A stretch of DNA of 63,922 nucleotides, filler included, from Malassezia furfur (taxonomy: Eukaryota), in assembly GCA_052055015.1 (NCBI GenBank). It is 3 parts of 3 records of this genome, joined end to end, with 100 filler letters (N's around TTAATTAATTAA, not from the genome) between each part and the next. Parts side by side here need not be neighbours in the genome. Positions count along the whole stretch, not along the records: positions 1 to 22,066 come from JBQJIT010000162.1; 2 more parts are not named here. The stretch is one strand, 5' to 3'. The notes under the pieces are model-generated. The model worked only from the letters and a program-made list of their open reading frames with translations, was not told the origin of the DNA and did not search any database. The position numbers and the translations under genes are program-made. Position 1 is the first letter of the stretch, and each line of letters opens with the position of its first letter. Positions 11,901-22,166 of this stretch are shown here, one piece after another.

Positions 11901-12088
11901 GCGATCGTCGTGGGGCCACTCACCGTCCGACTGCGCTTCACTGACGCAGTCTTGGCGGGCGACGACGCAACGCTGCGCGGCACGCGACCTGCATTCGCGA
12001 CAAGTTCTTCAATTTCTTTCCTGTCGAGCCCCCCAGCATTGTCTTGCTGGTTGTGGCCCAGGCGCCGAATCCAGGAGCCCAAAGTCAT
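8908..12088 (-). CDS. Large Ala/Lys/Glu-rich low-complexity protein with KKEAEEKA repeats, spanning an N gap
   Basis: ATG 12088 ([10 protein letters not shown]). The repeat reading frame resumes after the gap and runs into ORF 8908-9915. Polybasic C-terminus. Confidence 0.75.
10250..10815 (-). repeat. Coding minisatellite, 24-nt unit (EAEEKAKK) plus degenerate AKEAE variants
   Basis: Tandem CTTCTCCTCGGCCTCCTTCTTGGC on both sides of the N gap at 10339-10400. Confidence 0.9.
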
Positions 12089-12231
12089 CTGGTGGTGCTT
12101 GTTTACCTCGTCTGAGCGCCCAACGAGCGCCGGGTACGGATGCGGCGATATGGCCACGTGGACCCCATGCGCCTCTCCACATTCATTTCCCCGCATGCAT
12201 TGTGACGTCACGCGCACCGACACCTACCACC

Positions 12232-14013
12232 ATGCGCGGATGGGCGTCGCTCTGGGCCGTGGTCGCGGCTTCGTGCGTTTTGGCGTTGAGCTCTCCGGAT
12301 GCGATTGAGCGCCACATTCGGCATAAACAGGCATTGCTTCTTGCTCCGGGCATGCGGGGTGCCCCGGGGCTTCGTGCCAGCATCGAGGACGAAATCGCGC
12401 AACTCCACACACAGCGCACCTCTCCTAAAAGCGCGCTTATCGTGCAAAACGAGAGCACTCTACTCGATGATGCACCCCATGGACCAAACTATGACGTGTT
12501 GAACATGACGCAGCCTCTTGATCATTTCCACGGCACTACCAACGTCACGTTTGAACAGCGCTACTTCCTTTCCATGGACTGGTACAATTCGGGCGCGGCC
12601 AAACGCAACAAGACCGAGGATGGACGCGAAATTGTGCCGGTCATTCTGTACGATGGTGGTGAAACGTCTCTGAAAAATCGTGTCGAAATGCTCAACACGG
12701 GAATCGTTGCTATTCTGGCCAACGCAACGGGCGGCGTCGCCGTTTTGCTTGAACACCGTTATTATGGTACATCGACGCCCAACCGAACTGAGCTCGGCCC
12801 AGGAAAGGATTGGGGAGTTGACCAACTGCGCTGGCTCAATACACGGCAGTCTCTCGAGGACTCTGTTGCGTTTGTGCGTAAGATGCAGTTCCAAGGTGTG
12901 CCCGAAGATGCCGAATTCCGCGTGATTTATTATGGAGGATCCTACGCAGGCGCGCGTGCGGCCTTTATGCGCACGCTGTATCCTGACCTGATTCATGGCG
13001 CAATTGCAAGTTCAGCCGTGGTCGCTGCCTCGGTGACCCTCCCGGAATATTATTATGCGGTTGCTCACGGATCCGACACGCAGTGCTCGCAGGCACTACA
13101 ATCGGCGGTGAACGCCATAGATAAGGTCATTGCGCCCGTTCCTGAAGCTGGATCCAACCAGCCCCATGTTAACAACACGCAGGCGGATGCCCTCAAATCC
13201 CTCTTTGGCCTTGAATATGCACCGTCGCTGAACGACTTTGCCAACTTCTTGACGCTGCCACTCGGCATGTTTCAGTCGCTGACTTGGGTGCCGGATGACA
13301 GCGAGGTGGACATGTGGAACGATTTCTGCACTACACTGACCAACGCGACCGTCATTGATGGGGTGAAGCAAAAGCACCCGGACGAGCTGAGCGTTTTGGG
13401 ACACTTGCCGGGCTCGGTCCTGGGCTTGGCGGCCTACATGGAGCAAAACATGGCCCATTACTGCGTGAAGAAGTCCTGCACCACGCAAGACGCAGAGCGA
13501 TTCCGGAACGACAATGGCACCCTAACGACTAGCAAGGCATGGCAATTCCAAGTCTGCAACGAGTACGGCTATTACCAGGTTGCACCGCCCATTACCAATG
13601 TCACGTCGCTGCCCCCCAAGCCGAGCGGGCCCAAGATTGTCTCGTGGCGGGTTGATGAAGAGTGGATGAGCCTGTTGTGTCGCGAGGGCTTCACGCCAGG
13701 CAAACATTGGACTATTCCCCCACGGCCCGACGTGAGCATCGTCAACCGCATCGGTAATATGGGCCTTAACAGCAAGCGCTTGGCCATCATCGACGGGCAG
13801 TACGACCCCTGGCGCCCCATGACCCAGCACAGCGAAGAGTACGCGTATGGCGGTGTTCGCGAGGACACGGTAGACACGCCATTCAAGTTGATCCCCGATT
13901 GCTGGCACCATTGTGACTCGTCCGGTCTTGCAGACCCCTCTAAGGAGCCTCCACGCATCCGCGAGATCCATGACGCAGAAATCGCATTTGTCCAACGCTG
14001 GCTACAAGAATAG
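12232..14013 (+). CDS. Secreted serine peptidase, family S28
   Basis: Signal peptide MRGWASLWAVVAASCVLALS, QPLDHF, FEQRYF, LEHRYYG, GGSYAG nucleophile motif, GQYDPW, HHCD. Confidence 0.92.
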   Translation: MRGWASLWAVVAASCVLALSSPDAIERHIRHKQALLLAPGMRGAPGLRASIEDEIAQLHTQRTSPKSALIVQNESTLLDDAPHGPNYDVLNMTQPLDHFHGTTNVTFEQRYFLSMDWYNSGAAKRNKTEDGREIVPVILYDGGETSLKNRVEMLNTGIVAILANATGGVAVLLEHRYYGTSTPNRTELGPGKDWGVDQLRWLNTRQSLEDSVAFVRKMQFQGVPEDAEFRVIYYGGSYAGARAAFMRTLYPDLIHGAIASSAVVAASVTLPEYYYAVAHGSDTQCSQALQSAVNAIDKVIAPVPEAGSNQPHVNNTQADALKSLFGLEYAPSLNDFANFLTLPLGMFQSLTWVPDDSEVDMWNDFCTTLTNATVIDGVKQKHPDELSVLGHLPGSVLGLAAYMEQNMAHYCVKKSCTTQDAERFRNDNGTLTTSKAWQFQVCNEYGYYQVAPPITNVTSLPPKPSGPKIVSWRVDEEWMSLLCREGFTPGKHWTIPPRPDVSIVNRIGNMGLNSKRLAIIDGQYDPWRPMTQHSEEYAYGGVREDTVDTPFKLIPDCWHHCDSSGLADPSKEPPRIREIHDAEIAFVQRWLQE

Positions 14014-14043
14014 ATTACTTAGGGCGGGCCCTCGGCTCTTGAA

Positions 14044-15309
14044 TTATATTGTCGTTGGAATGGGTGCAAAGCTGGAGCGCGTCACGTCACTCTGGATCGG
14101 CCGCGACGCCGTGGTGCCCGGTACGGTTGGCGCCGGAGAGGGATTCGTAGGCTGCTTAGCGATCGCCCAGCGATACACCCAGCGCCCTGCCAATTCCAGC
14201 ACTAGTGTTAGTCACTTTGGCGTACGTACTCTCGCTTGTCACTTCGTGGGGTATATCGGGCTGCACATATACCTCAAGCGACTGCGCCGTCTCATCGTCA
14301 TTCCGGGGCCCAAGTACCACATTCTGCAGAAACTCGGACGAGTAGCTGAAATGCACCAACGGATCCACTCCACCACACCCAGCGAAGAGTTTCTTTCCCC
14401 AAAATGGATTCTCCTGACGATTATACGAATCATACGGCTTGTGGGCCGGATCTGTCCGGTTCACATAGCTGATAAGCGCATCCGGGATATAGGGAGGCGC
14501 AAAGGGAATGTTGTTCTCCGCGGTACGACCAACCAGAAGTTTGTAGTAGTCGGGCGCACCGATAAACACGGTGCCAATGGTGAACCGTGCATCATCTAAG
14601 GTAAGTTTGCGCCACGTACTTGCAAGGACGTGGTATGCTGCATGGCCACCCATGCTTCGCCCAGAGATGATCCAGTTGGTAATCCGACGCTCGCCATTGG
14701 GAAATACGTTGATCGGAAGGAAGTCGGCCACAAAGCTAGCGTCCGCGGCATCGCCCACTGCGGTCAGTTAATGTTCCGTACCGATCATCGCGTATTGATC
14801 AAAGCTGGGTAAGTTTCTCGTACGTACGCAAATTGCATGTTGCCAGCGCTGTAGCCCAGCTGGCCAAGTGGCAGTGTCGTGCGGTTGCCGTGGTTCGGCG
14901 CATCAAAGCTGACCACCAAGAAATCGTTCTTGGACCCGGACGGATTGGCCGTCATTTGTTCTCGGACATTACCATAGAGCGTCTTTACGAGCGGCTCTTC
15001 GAGCATCGCCGACCGTGTGCGCCCATGCATGTGGATAAGCACGTTGATGTCTGGAGTCGAGCCATTCACGACCGGCGCGAGGAGACTCAGGCCATACACA
15101 TTCACGATAAGCCCACCCAGGTTAAATACTCGGCGGTCTACGGCCGGTGGCCTCGGTGACGGCTTGGCAGTCGGCCTAGGCGAGGCCGCCGCTCTGGAAC
15201 CACGACCGACAGGGGCCCTTTTGGGCGCCACGGCAGCATCGGCAGCATGCGTACTGAGCAAGGCGACGAACACGAGCCAAATGGGCCATCCCAGCAAGAT
15301 CGCCCTCAT
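14044..15309 (-). CDS. Secreted alpha/beta-hydrolase (esterase-like), paralog A
   Basis: Signal peptide, HMHGRT, FDAPNHG, GRSMGGH (GxSxG), DPLV, HEVT. Introns 14805-14827, 14758-14781, 14596-14619, 14202-14229. Confidence 0.85.
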
Positions 15310-15474
15310 CTTGCTCGTGGACGCGCGCTACAAAGAGCAACTTGGACTGCCAAAATGCACGAGCAGCTGGAAAGTCTATTGTGCAGCACGTGGGCCAAGC
15401 CTGCAGCGTACGGTCCGATTGCAGTGCCCGATGCAAAAATTACGAAGCGCATCAAGCTTCTACGTATCCCGATC

Positions 15475-16685
15475 TTAGTATGGCAACGCCCATTGGGCCA
15501 GCCACTGTCCGCCAAGACGGAGCACTAAATTAGTAGGCCAGGTACGTACTCTCTGGAGTCACCTTGTGGCCCGTGTTGGGCTGGATGTACACTTGCAGGC
15601 TCTGGCGAGCTTCATCCGATCCCGGAGGAGCCACAATAAGGTGTTCCAGGAACTCCTGTGCATAGGACACGCGGACTAAGTTGTCATCGGCGCCCAGGCA
15701 AGCACAGATCTTCTTCCCATAGAACGGGTTGCGCGGACCCGCCTCGCGATAAGGCTGCTGCGCAGGATCAACACGTTGCATCAGTGTACGCAGAGAGCCA
15801 GGTACTGCCGGAGGCACGTCCTCCAAACCTGAGTTCTTCGCCCGCATCGCAACGAGCTTCTGGAAGTCGGGACAGCCAATGAATGGGACACCCACGCGAA
15901 TCAGTGGGTCATCTGCGTGAGCGTAGATACATACGTGCAAGCACCTGCCACACGGAGTGTCCACCAAGACTCTTCCCCGTCACCGAGATGAGCGAGACGC
16001 GCCGCTCGTCGTTGGGGAAGAGATAGGCTGGCAGCATTTGTGCGATAAACGAAGCGTCGTCGGCCGTGCCGCCTGCGTCAGCGCGCAAACATACGGATCA
16101 TGCCATACATGTCCACCCTGTGTGAATGCCAGGTAATACGTACGCATGCGTCTTGTTGCCTTCTTTCCACGACTTTTGTGCTTCAGGGTTCGTCTTGCGC
16201 TGACCGTGATCGCGGGAGTCAAAAGTGACCAGCAGGAAGTCGCGCGTGCGTCCATTTATGCTCTGACGAGCATTGATGGTGTTTTGGTACAGCTCGCGAG
16301 CCAAGTTGTCCTCGTTCTTCGCGGAGCCGGTACGCCCATGCATGTGGATCGAGATGCAGACTTCGGGGAGGTTACTGCCCGCGGCAGGCGTAAGGTTGTT
16401 GAGGCCATACACATTCACCGGAAGACCGGCAATGTCCACTTGCGTGACACTGGGCTGCGTACCCCCCGACACCGCAGCCCCCGAGCCGTGTTGATGGTGC
16501 TGATAAGTGGCCCCCGTACCGGCGGCTCCGGCGCCCGCACCTGCAGCGGCCCCAGCGCCTGCGATGTGCCCGTCCGAAGACTGTCCGTGGTGGTTGTGTC
16601 CGCCCTGGTGCTTGTTGTCTCCTGAGAAATTCTTCTCCAGTTTCTCGATCTTTTTCTCACCCTTGTTAAGCAGGTTCTTGAACAT
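15475..16685 (-). CDS. Alpha/beta-hydrolase (esterase-like), paralog B, no signal peptide
   Basis: HMHGRT, FDSRDHG, GKSLGGH, DNLV, HKVT. Introns 16118-16143, 16073-16094, 15913-15934, 15525-15549. Confidence 0.85.
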
Positions 16686-16792
16686 GGTTGTCCGTCCGTG
16701 CGTTCGTTGTGGAGCAGGACCGTGTAAATTCCGGTGCAGCCGGTCCCTGCATCGGTCAGCATTCCGTCCCGATCGCCCGATTCTTCGCGACG

Positions 16793-19306
16793 ATGGGCAA
16801 ACGTCCAAGCGAGGGCGACGCCGGCGTTGCGCCCAAGCGCGCGCGACCGGGGTCATGGGTCCCTCCTCAGCCGACCGCCATCGCACCTAATGCGATCGTG
16901 CCCGATCAATTGGACGTTGAAGCGGCCATCAATGTGCGCAAGACCGAGATTCTCGCGCTGCACCGCGCGATGAAACAGGCGCGCGAAGCGACGAACATGC
17001 GCGCCTGGCAGCTGCTTCCGCGCCATTTGCGCCGTCGCGCAGCCTCGCATAACCTGCTGCGTTTGCCTTCACGACTGCGCGGCAAAGCACGCGCAGAGTT
17101 GCGCGCCTCGAACACCACACCCAAAACCCGCAGCGCCATGCGACGTCGTGCGCCGGAGCGCACGCTGATCGGCTTTGCACGGCGCCGCGCGACGCTGACA
17201 CGCCGTGCTGCGCGCCACGAAAAGCGTTGGCTTGAGACGCACTTGTGGCATGCCAAGCGCTTCCGCATGTCGCAGGATAAGCAAGCGCAGGACGGTGGAA
17301 ACGGCTCCTTTGGCTTCTCCCTTGCCGAGTCGCCGCACCAAAAAAGTTTTCGTCGGAGTGCTCGCTACTCGGAGAATACAGCAATGCTTCACGATGCGAG
17401 CTATACGTCGGTGTTTCGTCTGTCTGCGCGGTCGTCGCACCGGCACCCGTCCCTGGCGACGCAGCGTCTGCAGCTGCTGCTGCAGCTCGCAGGCGCGGCG
17501 CATGGGTGGGAGGAGCATTGGACGAAAGGCGTGCGAATGTGTTCCACGGTACTTTTGCAGCGGCCGGTCGGCGAGAATGCGCGTGCCTCCAATGCGCTGT
17601 TTGTGTCGCCGCTCGCGCCCATCCAGGTCTTATGGGTCGCCAGACACGGCGCCTACCGCGAGTGCCACGTCTTGGTGCACCCCGCTGGTGCGCCAGATGT
17701 ACATGCCTTGCTGCTGCAGGCGCTTAAACTGGTACGCATCGAGGCACAACGCTCGTCCAAGCACCGGTCCTGTGTGCCGCAGCGTTGGGACGTTCCCGTG
17801 GACGTGCGCGTCACGCGGCTTGAGAGTGCTCCGCACCCCGCCCTGGCGGCGGGCATACCACACACCCGGCGTGGACGGGCGCATCAACTCGGCGCCGTTG
17901 AGTTGCGCGCGCACGAAGGATACAATATCTTTGAGCTGAGCGGAGCCGACGCTGGGCGCATCCTGGGCGGCGTTTTGCAGCCCGTGGAACCGGCGAACCA
18001 CCTGGATGGTGCAGCACAGCGCCTCTTTGCGCGCATTACCGGGCAGAAGCAGGCGTTGTCGCCGAGCCAGCTGCCGCCCGGTCTCGTGTTTAGCCTGCTG
18101 GTGCACGATCCGCGCTTGGCCTTCCCCCCGCAAAATACCCCACTGGCGCAGGAGCAGCGTAATCCAAGTGCCCAGGATGGACTGGACGACGTAACGACGC
18201 CCCTGAGTGACACACGTTTCTTCTCGTACAAGCGGTTGCCGGCCTTCTCGAAAGGCGCCATGGACCGCCGGCGCGCTCAGCTGGTTCCTGGCGAGCGCCT
18301 GCGCCCAACGGCCGCAGACGACCGTATACCCGTGGTCCTAATTGCGTCGTGGCAGGATTCTCCCTTGGCGTCGGGCTACACGCTTCTGGTGCCGCGAGGG
18401 TGGGGGCTGCCGTTCTGGCATTCGCTCGTGTTCACCGGTGCGCGCGTTCTTGGCCAGGAACAATTACGACAGCGGCACTTGAACGCAGGTCTGGCGAGCT
18501 TCCCACACGACTGGGTTGCGAGTCGTTCGTACGCTGCGCTGGAGCGCGAGGCCGCCGCGTCTCGTGCCGAGGTGTGGCGCAGGAAACCGCCCGCCAAGCG
18601 CGTCAACTACGACCGAGGGGAGGCCGTGTGCCCTCATCCGTTTGGCGGCGTAGAGCTGTGGCACGATGCGCTGCACAATGGCGCCCACGCTCCCTGTTCT
18701 GGGCCGTTGGTCGATGTGCCAATCATTGCGGGCGCCTGGGCGCGCCTTCAGGAAGGGGTGCAGCGCCCCGCCATCGACCCCAAGTATACCCGATACGTGT
18801 CGCTCTGGACGCGCCGTGCGTTCAGCGACGGCGTCAATGTGAACCCGGTACCGCCCACGCTGCCTGTACTGCGTAACTCGCTGGTGCGCGTGCTGCTGGT
18901 TGCCAGCCGCCGCGGCGCCTTCCAATCGATCTCGACCGTGCACCTGCCGCCGACCCTGGCCGATACCCGTGCATGGCGCGCCGCATTAGATCCGCCCACG
19001 CGTGAGAAAGAGGCGGCGCGGGCCGCATTGGACGCACTGGAGCGCACCATGCCCGCACCGTTTGTAGGCGCCGTCACGACGGGCGACTATGCGCTTGCAG
19101 ACGGCCGTGGTCGAGCCGTCGCAAGCATGAGCCTGCTGGCCTGGATGGAGCTAGAGCGCCGCGAAGCCACGCTGGCGGACGAGACAACACCGCATCGCTG
19201 GGGTTTGCGCAAACGCAACCCCGTGCCGCTGGCGCATTTGGTGCTCGTGCGCAATGTACAGGGTGGCGTGCTCCGGGCGGCCTCCGCAAAACTCATGCCT
19301 ACGTAG
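16793..19306 (+). CDS. POP1: RNase P/MRP subunit POP1
   Basis: RAWQLLPRHLRRRAASHN, WLETHLWHAKRFRM, LHDASY, PRGWGLPFW, RKPPAKRVNY. Confidence 0.93.
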   Translation: MGKRPSEGDAGVAPKRARPGSWVPPQPTAIAPNAIVPDQLDVEAAINVRKTEILALHRAMKQAREATNMRAWQLLPRHLRRRAASHNLLRLPSRLRGKARAELRASNTTPKTRSAMRRRAPERTLIGFARRRATLTRRAARHEKRWLETHLWHAKRFRMSQDKQAQDGGNGSFGFSLAESPHQKSFRRSARYSENTAMLHDASYTSVFRLSARSSHRHPSLATQRLQLLLQLAGAAHGWEEHWTKGVRMCSTVLLQRPVGENARASNALFVSPLAPIQVLWVARHGAYRECHVLVHPAGAPDVHALLLQALKLVRIEAQRSSKHRSCVPQRWDVPVDVRVTRLESAPHPALAAGIPHTRRGRAHQLGAVELRAHEGYNIFELSGADAGRILGGVLQPVEPANHLDGAAQRLFARITGQKQALSPSQLPPGLVFSLLVHDPRLAFPPQNTPLAQEQRNPSAQDGLDDVTTPLSDTRFFSYKRLPAFSKGAMDRRRAQLVPGERLRPTAADDRIPVVLIASWQDSPLASGYTLLVPRGWGLPFWHSLVFTGARVLGQEQLRQRHLNAGLASFPHDWVASRSYAALEREAAASRAEVWRRKPPAKRVNYDRGEAVCPHPFGGVELWHDALHNGAHAPCSGPLVDVPIIAGAWARLQEGVQRPAIDPKYTRYVSLWTRRAFSDGVNVNPVPPTLPVLRNSLVRVLLVASRRGAFQSISTVHLPPTLADTRAWRAALDPPTREKEAARAALDALERTMPAPFVGAVTTGDYALADGRGRAVASMSLLAWMELERREATLADETTPHRWGLRKRNPVPLAHLVLVRNVQGGVLRAASAKLMPT

Positions 19307-20854
19307 CTACGGAGCCTTGGGCCGGGCGATCTTGCCCAGGACCGCCTCGACTTGCGCCTCGGTCGCGTTCCAGAGCTCGGCAGCATTCTCGGCGCCCTGC
19401 AGCTGCGAGGGCACCGGGGGAATCACGACACGTCCTTCGCGGTACAGCCGCGCGGGCTCGATGCCAGGCCACTGCCGCGCCGCGTCGAGCTGGTCGTCCG
19501 ACAGTGAGCTGGCGCTTGCGCCCGGCGGAGCGAGATGGACGAACGACGCAAGGCGCGCCGTGATGCCCCACACCGCCGCGTCGGCGCCTTTGGACGCGCT
19601 CTTGCCAAGCACCCAAAATAGCGGGTAGAAGACCACGAGCAGTACCCACAGCACGAGCGAATGCACCACGTGTTGCACCAACGGCGACACGGTGCCAAAG
19701 AACGACGTCAGCTGCGACGAGCGCTCAAAGCCAGGGCATACAATCACCGACGAGATATGGCTCCGCTTGTGCTGGCTCTTGAGCGTGCCGATGGGCACGG
19801 TCGTCACGTCGTCCACGTCCATGCCCGGCAGCTTACTCCGCGAACGCGTGTCGGCCTCGGCAAGCAGGTCGAGGCGGCGCTGTAGCTCGGAGGCAAGCAC
19901 GATCCAGCGGAGCGATGCAGCCCCCAGTAGCGTCCATGGCTGGTACACGCTCGGCTGGGGGCCCTGAAGCGGCTCGCTGATCCGGTCAAATTCGGCGAGG
20001 CCGGCAGCATACCAGGGCGAAACCACACTCACAATTCGCACATCACGGTTGGGCGGCATTAGCAATAGGCTCGGCAGCAACGCATTAACGAGGTGGAAGC
20101 GGCCCAGCACTTCGTACATGTAGGTGCGCTCCACGGCCTTGTCCGAGCCTGCGTAGGTGTTGGCGGTTGGCTGCCGAGGCGTGCCAATTTTATAGGCACT
20201 CTCGTCGGTGGGCAGGAAAAGCACCGTGTCGAGCCTGTGCACCTGCGGTGTATTGTGGTGAAGCAGCGACTCAGCCGCTTTGATGTCCTCGTCGGTCGTG
20301 CCGCTGGCGGGCGCATTGGGCGCCTTGGTAGCAGGCATGCCCGTCGCCGTACCTGGCGCCGCCGTCGCCTGCACGGAGCCAGCGTTCCACCGGTTTGCAA
20401 ACTCGGTGATGGACTGCAATGACCCCATATCACACGACTCCGCGTAGATGAATTCGCTCTTGGTACTTTCACGCAGGAGCAATAGCAGCTGCACCACGTC
20501 GGGGGAGCTGATGTCAGGCACCAGCGCAATGATGTGCGCGCCTTGGTGCGCCAGCGACGCAATGGTCACTAGTCCGAGAGGTGTCATGGCGCCCGTCTAG
20601 GTGAGCAAGACACGTACGGCGATCAGCACTACGCGCGCGCCCATGTCGTTCAAGCCGGCAGTCACACGAATCTTCTTGCCATTTTCGCGCGCACGCCGCT
20701 GCGTAGCCTCGAGACGCTCTTCACGCGCGAGTAGCGAGGGTCCCGCAGCCCAGCTGCGAATGAGCCCGACAGCTAGAATGCCCGCAAAGATCGTTGCGTA
20801 CGATTCTGCGGGGACATACTTCTCCGCGACCTCAGCGAGGAAGGGCAGCGGCAT
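19307..20854 (-). CDS. Atypical short-chain dehydrogenase-like membrane protein (Pbr1/YNL181W-like)
   Basis: N-terminal TM segment, ARVVLIATGAMTPLG after removing intron 20597-20617, YAESCDMGSL, SLLLMPPNRDVRIVSV. Confidence 0.7.
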
Positions 20855-20936
20855 AACGCGTGGGATGTGGAGAGGTGGAGCCGCACATTTTGTGTCCGAT
20901 TGCGCATTGCGTCCAATTTTTTTGCTAGGTTCCGCC

Positions 20937-21228
20937 ATGGCGCAAGGATTCAAACCACTGAAACGCAACGTGCCGGAGGTGCCTAAGAAGAAGTCCAAGT
21001 CGACGTCCAGTGCACCCAAAGTCGGCAAGCGTATCCCGCCCAAGAAGCACCACGCGCTGCAGGAAGTTGCGCAGAAAAAGGCACGTCCTACCGCTAACCC
21101 AGCGAGACACGGCACGCTCGACGTCGCGTATTGAGCAAGAAATGGCGGGACGTGCTGCCAAAGGGCCCCTCTCCATCATGCGCAAGATTGCAGACCAGGC
21201 TGAGAAGGGCAACAAGCCTAAGAAGTAA
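20937..21228 (+). CDS. UPF0390/DUF2462 small basic protein
   Basis: MAQG...KVGKRIPPKK...IEQEMAGRA..GPLSIM. Requires a GC-AG intron at 21081-21102. Confidence 0.8.
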
Positions 21229-21334
21229 TCGCTGGGTCCTCTTTTGAGCAGGACTTGGGTACCGCCGTGGGTCCAACCACGGCACTTTCCTCCATGTAAC
21301 TCTCATCCAACCATAGACTGTACTCTATTGATGA

Positions 21335-22023
21335 CTAGCGCTTCCCTGACGGCGGTGGCGGAAGTACAAAGCCAGGGCGGCTCTGCGCAGACTGCGTGCC
21401 CGACATGCTCTTGAGGGCGGGCAAATTGATGCTCAGCATCTCGCCGTCGTGGAGAGAAAAGTCTTGCTTGGGTCCTGCCGGCAGATGTGGCGAGGGCTTT
21501 GGCGGTGCTTCGTCGTCGTCCTCTTCGGCAGGCCCGGCCAAGGCGGCTTTGCGGCGTCTGTCTTAGTGCGTACCATACATACCGTGTCCAGTCCTGCAAC
21601 GCGACCGTGAAGTCAAAGCTCTGGGTACGTTCGCGGAACTGGGGTGAGCATGGCAAACACGTACCCCGACACCAATGTACGCCTTTCGGCGCTGCTCTGG
21701 TGTGGGTCCGTCGGACTCGACACGGAGCACAAAATAGCGCGAGGAGTCCAGGACAGGCTCGACCGACTTGCCCATCACGTCATACGGGGCCATGGCAAAC
21801 AACTCACCTGCGTCAGTGCGCCCAACGCACCCGTCTCGCCATCTTCCAATCGAATCTCGCAATGGTCCGCAAATTCCACAATGCGCATGCGACCTTTCCA
21901 GAGAGAAGCTTCCATATCCCCCCAATCCGCGGCGCGGTAGCCTGCGGCAGATGTGCGCGGAGGTACGCGGTACACGTAGCATTCACGCACGGCGTACAGC
22001 ACCGAAGAGTATGGCTCTGTCAT
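21335..22023 (-). CDS. Adaptin ear-binding coat-associated protein (NECAP family)
   Basis: VYRVPPRTS..GYRAADW, VEPVLDSSRYFVLRV, FDFTVALQDW. Introns 21808-21830, 21639-21664, 21558-21582. Confidence 0.9.
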
Positions 22024-22066
22024 GATCGACGCGAGACAGTGCCTCCACTAGGGTGCATCCGGGGTA

Positions 22067-22166
22067 NNNNNNNNNNNNNNNNNNNNNNNNNNNNNNNNNN
22101 NNNNNNNNNNTTAATTAATTAANNNNNNNNNNNNNNNNNNNNNNNNNNNNNNNNNNNNNNNNNNNN
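22067..22166. other. Artificial contig-join spacer (N44-TTAATTAATTAA-N44)
   Basis: Exactly 100 nt with a six-frame stop linker in the middle. Identical to the spacer at 44153-44252. Confidence 0.97.

Noticed and set aside
22111..22122. TTAATTAATTAA flanked by Ns (also 44197-44208) as a transposon target site or biological motif
   Set aside because: Identical 100-nt symmetric construct with stops in all six frames; an assembly linker.
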